15,019 nt of DNA from Myxococcota bacterium (GTDB lineage: Bacteria; Myxococcota_A; UBA796; GCA-2862545): positions 1-15,019 of the forward strand of contig JBCCQY010000192.1 of assembly GCA_039208735.1 (NCBI GenBank), in the 5' to 3' direction. The notes under the pieces were generated by a model. The model was not told the origin of the DNA. It did not search any database and was given only the letters and a program-made list of their open reading frames with translations. This document shows, in pieces, positions 14,372 through 15,019 of this stretch; the stretch's first letter is position 1, and each line of letters opens with the position of its first letter. The translations under genes and the position numbers were made by a program.

Positions 14372-14656
14372 ATGCGCCTCCTCGTCGCGTACGACATCGA
14401 GACGAGAGACGATGCTGGCGAGCGCCGCCTCCGGGAGGTGGCGAGGCTGATGGAGGGATTCGGGATCCGCGTGCAGCGGTCCGTATTCGAGTGTGAGCTG
14501 AACTCCGCTCAACAAGCGAAGCTAGAGATGTCCATTGCGGCGGTGATCGACCCGCGATGCGACTCCGTGCTCGTCTACCGCCTGGCGCCCCAGAAGACAC
14601 TTCGTCTTGGCAAGAGCGGTCCCGACCCCTTCACGCCAATTGCATTCGTGCGATGA
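14372..14656 (+). CDS. cas2: Cas2
   Basis: LLVAYDI...RRLREVARLMEGFG.RVQRSVFEC...DSVLVYRL. GGAGG SD. Confidence 0.97.
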   Translation: MRLLVAYDIETRDDAGERRLREVARLMEGFGIRVQRSVFECELNSAQQAKLEMSIAAVIDPRCDSVLVYRLAPQKTLRLGKSGPDPFTPIAFVR

Positions 14657-14882
14657 TCGACGGCCTGGTGAGATGGCGATGGCTCCGCCGCCCAGCTACC
14701 AAGGACGAACCCGCAGACTCGGCGATCGGTCGACCCAGAGATCGTCGCCAAGTGATTGTTCAGGGAAATGCTGGTATTTGACATCATCGATTTGTATCAG
14801 ACGGCTCCATCGTGCAAGAGTTCGGGAGGTGGTCGCGAATGGCCTCCGAAGAAGACTTTGAACCAAGAGATGCGAAGAAGGG
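14657..14882 (+). promoter_or_regulatory. CRISPR leader
   Basis: 226-bp non-coding stretch between cas2 and the first repeat, with a more AT-rich centre (about 14749-14800) containing TTGACA at 14778-14783. Confidence 0.8.
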
Positions 14883-15019
14883 CCGAGAATCGGCTTCGAA
14901 ACCCAGCAGGGATTGAAACGGACAGTCGGTGGGTCAGCTGAGCAGCAACGCCGGCACCGAGAATCGGCTTCGAAACCCAGCAGGGATTGAAACGGATGGG
15001 CAGGTCATGTGGGCCACGC
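14883..15019 (+). CRISPR. Start of CRISPR array: 37-bp repeats at 14883-14919 and 14957-14993, 37-bp spacer 14920-14956, second spacer truncated by the window end
   Basis: Two identical copies of CCGAGAATCGGCTTCGAAACCCAGCAGGGATTGAAAC ending in the canonical ATTGAAAC handle, directly downstream of cas2 and the leader. Confidence 0.95.

Noticed and set aside
14778..14806. TTGACA as a full sigma70 promoter for the array
   Set aside because: No acceptable -10 at 16-18 bp spacing.
1..15019. Type I-D CRISPR-associated transposon (CAST) or RT-linked system
   Set aside because: No tnsA/B/C, tniQ or reverse transcriptase motifs in the window; cas3', the HD domain and adaptation genes are all present.

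Overview
GC-rich bacterial window with a complete type I-D CRISPR-Cas locus on the + strand: cas10d (with a hidden in-frame cas11d), csc2/cas7, csc1/cas5, cas3', cas6, cas4, cas1, cas2, a leader, and the first two 37-bp repeats of an array cut off by the window end. A divergent HTH-WYL-WCX regulator sits upstream, with a perfect 10-bp inverted repeat covering its RBS and a TATAAT box. The left 4.4 kb is an accessory region: a 5'-incomplete SF2 helicase, a small immunity-like protein, a 397-aa hypothetical protein, a broken TIR-domain gene, and a structured intergenic segment. That segment contains a candidate crRNA-like mini-element whose 8-nt seed matches a GTT-PAM-flanked site about 70 bp away. 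Other oddities are an apparent ~16-aa in-frame deletion in Cas1 and loss of the Zn-finger cysteines in Cas10d. All family assignments come from motif recognition by eye; no searches were run.
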